Part shown: positions 61,638 to 64,000 of the stretch, piece by piece
How the letters are laid out: every line of letters begins with the position of its first letter
Numbering within the stretch: position 1 is the first letter of the stretch
Assembly: GCA_949285875.1 (NCBI GenBank)
Contig: CASDZZ010000002.1
Span: forward strand, 1,101-65,100
Origin: an uncultured bacterium
GTDB taxonomy: Bacteria > Bacillota_I > Bacilli_A > RF39 > UBA660
Length of the DNA stretch: 64,000 bases
Direction: 5' to 3'
Notes under the pieces: generated by a model
Databases searched by the model: none
Seen by the model: the letters and a program-made list of their open reading frames with translations, nothing else
Told to the model about the DNA's origin: nothing
Program-made: the position numbers and the translations under genes

Positions 61638-63497
61638 TTACTTTGATAGCATTTCGCAAACCAAATTACTTAATTCCGTAGGGTTTTCTACTGGTAATCC
61701 TTCTATAATTCTAGCTTCATTATACAAAATTTTTGTGTATTTTTTCAAAGTTTCTTTATCATTTTCAAATAAATCTTTTAACTTCTTAGCTATTTCATGA
61801 TTCTCATTTATTTCTAATACTAATTTAGCATTAACATGTTCATCAGTTGGCATTGCATTAATTACTTTTTGCATTTCAACTGTTACTTCTCCCTCACTAG
61901 TTAAACATAAAGGATGTTTTTTTAACTTATTAGTAAATTTTATATTTGATACTTCCTCTCCTAATTCTTTTTTCATAAGATCAAACATTTCTTTACTTTC
62001 TTCATTCTTTTTATTAAGTTCTTTCTTTTCATCTTCACTTGATAAATCAAAATCATTAGTAGCTATATTTACAAACTTTTTATCATTATATTTATCTAAC
62101 ATTTTAAGCACAAATTCATCTACATAATCCGTTAGGTACAAAATTTCTTTATTTTTATCCTTTAAACTTTCTACTTGTGGCATCATATCTATTTTACTTA
62201 TAGTTTCTCCGCAAGCATAATAAATTGTATCCTCCTTTTCATCCATTCTTGATACATATTCTTTTAAAGTTACGTTCTTTTTTTCTTTAGATGAATAGAA
62301 AATTACTAAGTCTTTTAAATCATCTTTTTTAGCACCGAAATTATCATATACTCCATATTTTATATTAACGCCAAATGTTTTAAAAAAGACTTCATACTTA
62401 TCTCTTTCTTTTTCAAGCATTTCTGCTAACTCTTTTAATATTTTCTTTTCAATATTTTTTGCGATAATTTTTAGTTGCCTATTTTGCTGAAGCATTTCTC
62501 TTGAGATATTAAGAGATAAATCAGGAGAATCAACTACACCTTTTACAAAATTTAAATAATCTGGAAGTAAGTCAGAACACTTTTCCATAATTAAAACGCC
62601 ATTAGAATATAATTGTAATCCTTTTTCATAATCTTTATTGTAAAAATCATAAGGAGGATTAGCTGGAATAAACATAAGGGCATCATAACTAATTAAACCT
62701 TCCGCCTTAGTATGTATTACCTTTAAAGGTTTTGCATAATCAAAGAATTTTTCTTGATAGAAATTATAGTAGTCCTCTTCTTTTATTTTTTTCTTATCCT
62801 TTTTCCATAAAGGAATCATATTATTTATTGCATCAGTTTCACTTACCTTTTTTGTTTTCTCATCTAAAACATCCATTTTTATTGGATAAGTTACATAGTC
62901 AGAATATTTTTTTATAAGAGATTTTATTTTAAATTCTTCCAAATACTCATCATAATTTTCATCTTTTTCATTTTCTTTTATATATAAAGTGATTGTTGTA
63001 CCAATATCATCCTTATCTATTTTAGAAATTTCATAACCATCAGCTCCCGAAGACTCCCATTTATAAGCTTCTTCTTCACCAGCTTTTTTACTTTCTACAA
63101 CTACTTTATTACTAACCATAAAAGCAGAATAAAAACCAACTCCAAATTGACCTATAATATTAACTTTGTCCTTCTTTTCCAAAGCTTCTTTAAAATCTAA
63201 AGAACCACTTTTTGCAATCGTACCTAAATTTGTAGATAATTCTTCCTTATCCATACCAATACCATTATCTTTTATAGTAAGAGTTCTTCTTTCTTTATCT
63301 ATACTTATCTTTATTTGCAATTTTTTTCTATCTACTTTTAATGACTTATCTGTTAAGGACTTATAAGATAATTTATCAAGTGCATCATTAGCATTTGAAA
63401 TTAACTCCCTTAAAAAAATTTCTTTATTAGTATAAATTGAATTAATCATCAAATCAAGCAGTTTTTTTGACTCTGCCTTAAATTGTTTTTTTGCCAT
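61638..63497 (-). CDS. htpG: molecular chaperone HtpG (Hsp90)
   Basis: EIFLRELISNANDALDKL and GQFGVGFYS motifs. Start MAKKQFKAE with a GGGAGA RBS. Confidence 0.95.
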   Translation of the reverse strand: MAKKQFKAESKKLLDLMINSIYTNKEIFLRELISNANDALDKLSYKSLTDKSLKVDRKKLQIKISIDKERRTLTIKDNGIGMDKEELSTNLGTIAKSGSLDFKEALEKKDKVNIIGQFGVGFYSAFMVSNKVVVESKKAGEEEAYKWESSGADGYEISKIDKDDIGTTITLYIKENEKDENYDEYLEEFKIKSLIKKYSDYVTYPIKMDVLDEKTKKVSETDAINNMIPLWKKDKKKIKEEDYYNFYQEKFFDYAKPLKVIHTKAEGLISYDALMFIPANPPYDFYNKDYEKGLQLYSNGVLIMEKCSDLLPDYLNFVKGVVDSPDLSLNISREMLQQNRQLKIIAKNIEKKILKELAEMLEKERDKYEVFFKTFGVNIKYGVYDNFGAKKDDLKDLVIFYSSKEKKNVTLKEYVSRMDEKEDTIYYACGETISKIDMMPQVESLKDKNKEILYLTDYVDEFVLKMLDKYNDKKFVNIATNDFDLSSEDEKKELNKKNEESKEMFDLMKKELGEEVSNIKFTNKLKKHPLCLTSEGEVTVEMQKVINAMPTDEHVNAKLVLEINENHEIAKKLKDLFENDKETLKKYTKILYNEARIIEGLPVENPTELSNLVCEMLSK

Positions 63498-63606
63498 AAT
63501 TATCATCTCCCATTTTGTATAACTTAATTATATTATTAATTATTAGCACTGTCAAACTTTAAGTGCTAATAAAATAAAAAAAGTTAAGCACATAACGTTC
63601 TTAACC

Positions 63607-64000
63607 TTAATATAGTCCATGTAATTTAGCAATGTCATCATTAGTTAACTGATTAACTTTCCACATGCCATTTTCTTTAGTCAAAAATAAATCTATTGTA
63701 TGAGTAGTAGTTTCTGTTACCTCTTTCATTTTATCTATTTTAAATGCCATGTACTTGCTATCTGAAAAGTTACCATTTTCATCATTAAATTTTTCAGGAT
63801 TGTTTTTTAGTTCTTCTTCAGCTTTAATTATAGCACTACGATAATTTAAAACCGTAAGTTCAATAGTAGCCGTAGCTTCATTTTCTTCTTCTTTAATATC
63901 TTTTATAACATATGCTAATTGTTCATACTGTTTATACATTAAATTTTCATATTCTTCTTTTTGAGTATCATCTAACTTTTGACCTTCAATAGTGTCTTTA
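63607..64000 (-). CDS. hypothetical protein; the frame stays open upstream of the annotated ATG to the window end
   Basis: ORF-track 63607..63939, but the reading frame remains open to 64000 (…KDTIEGQKLDDTQKEEYENL-MYKQ…). Confidence 0.45.
   Translation of the reverse strand, partial: KDTIEGQKLDDTQKEEYENLMYKQYEQLAYVIKDIKEEENEATATIELTVLNYRSAIIKAEEELKNNPEKFNDENGNFSDSKYMAFKIDKMKEVTETTTHTIDLFLTKENGMWKVNQLTNDDIAKLHGLY

Overview
This 64 kb window is a very AT-rich chromosomal segment, best explained as a low-GC, spore-forming Firmicute using the standard genetic code. Most genes are on the minus strand. The recognisable core genes are: ffh, ylxM, ftsY; rnj; a histidine-kinase / response-regulator pair; pnp and rpsO; truB; rbfA, infB, ylxR, nusA and a short rimP; glyA; gatCAB and aspS with a T-box leader; rny; htpG; a D-Ala-D-Ala carboxypeptidase; xth; rpoZ and recX; and a PrsA-like parvulin. 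There are 19 tRNA genes in six clusters, all on the minus strand. Sporulation-type genes are scattered through the window: two YjcZ-like micro-peptides missed by the ORF track, a CotY/CotZ-family coat protein, a SpoVE/FtsW-like SEDS protein, an orphan membrane histidine kinase, a degenerate PTS-EIIB-like protein, a possible YutH/CotS-like protein next to a NifU-like gene, and a DacB-type carboxypeptidase.

The strongest candidate for an accessory or novel system is a roughly 6 kb island at about 5.2-11.3 kb. It sits immediately downstream of ffh, where rpsP-rimM-trmD-rplS would be expected. It carries a large serine recombinase, a SWIM zinc-finger protein, a small overlapping ORF, a class-II Fic protein translationally coupled to an unknown upstream partner, and a Cys-rich 50-aa peptide. 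A 51-bp palindrome lies in front of the recombinase operon.

A second anomaly is that the conserved nusA-infB-rbfA-truB-rpsO-pnp block is interrupted by glyA and by two genes of unknown function, a coiled-coil protein and a GNAT-like/Hanks-kinase-like/C-terminal-TM fusion, plus a third in the ribF position. Other points: one ftsW/rodA paralog is frameshifted, RimP is truncated, and a thioredoxin-like gene is degenerate and sits behind duplicated 26-bp repeats. No CRISPR array was seen.
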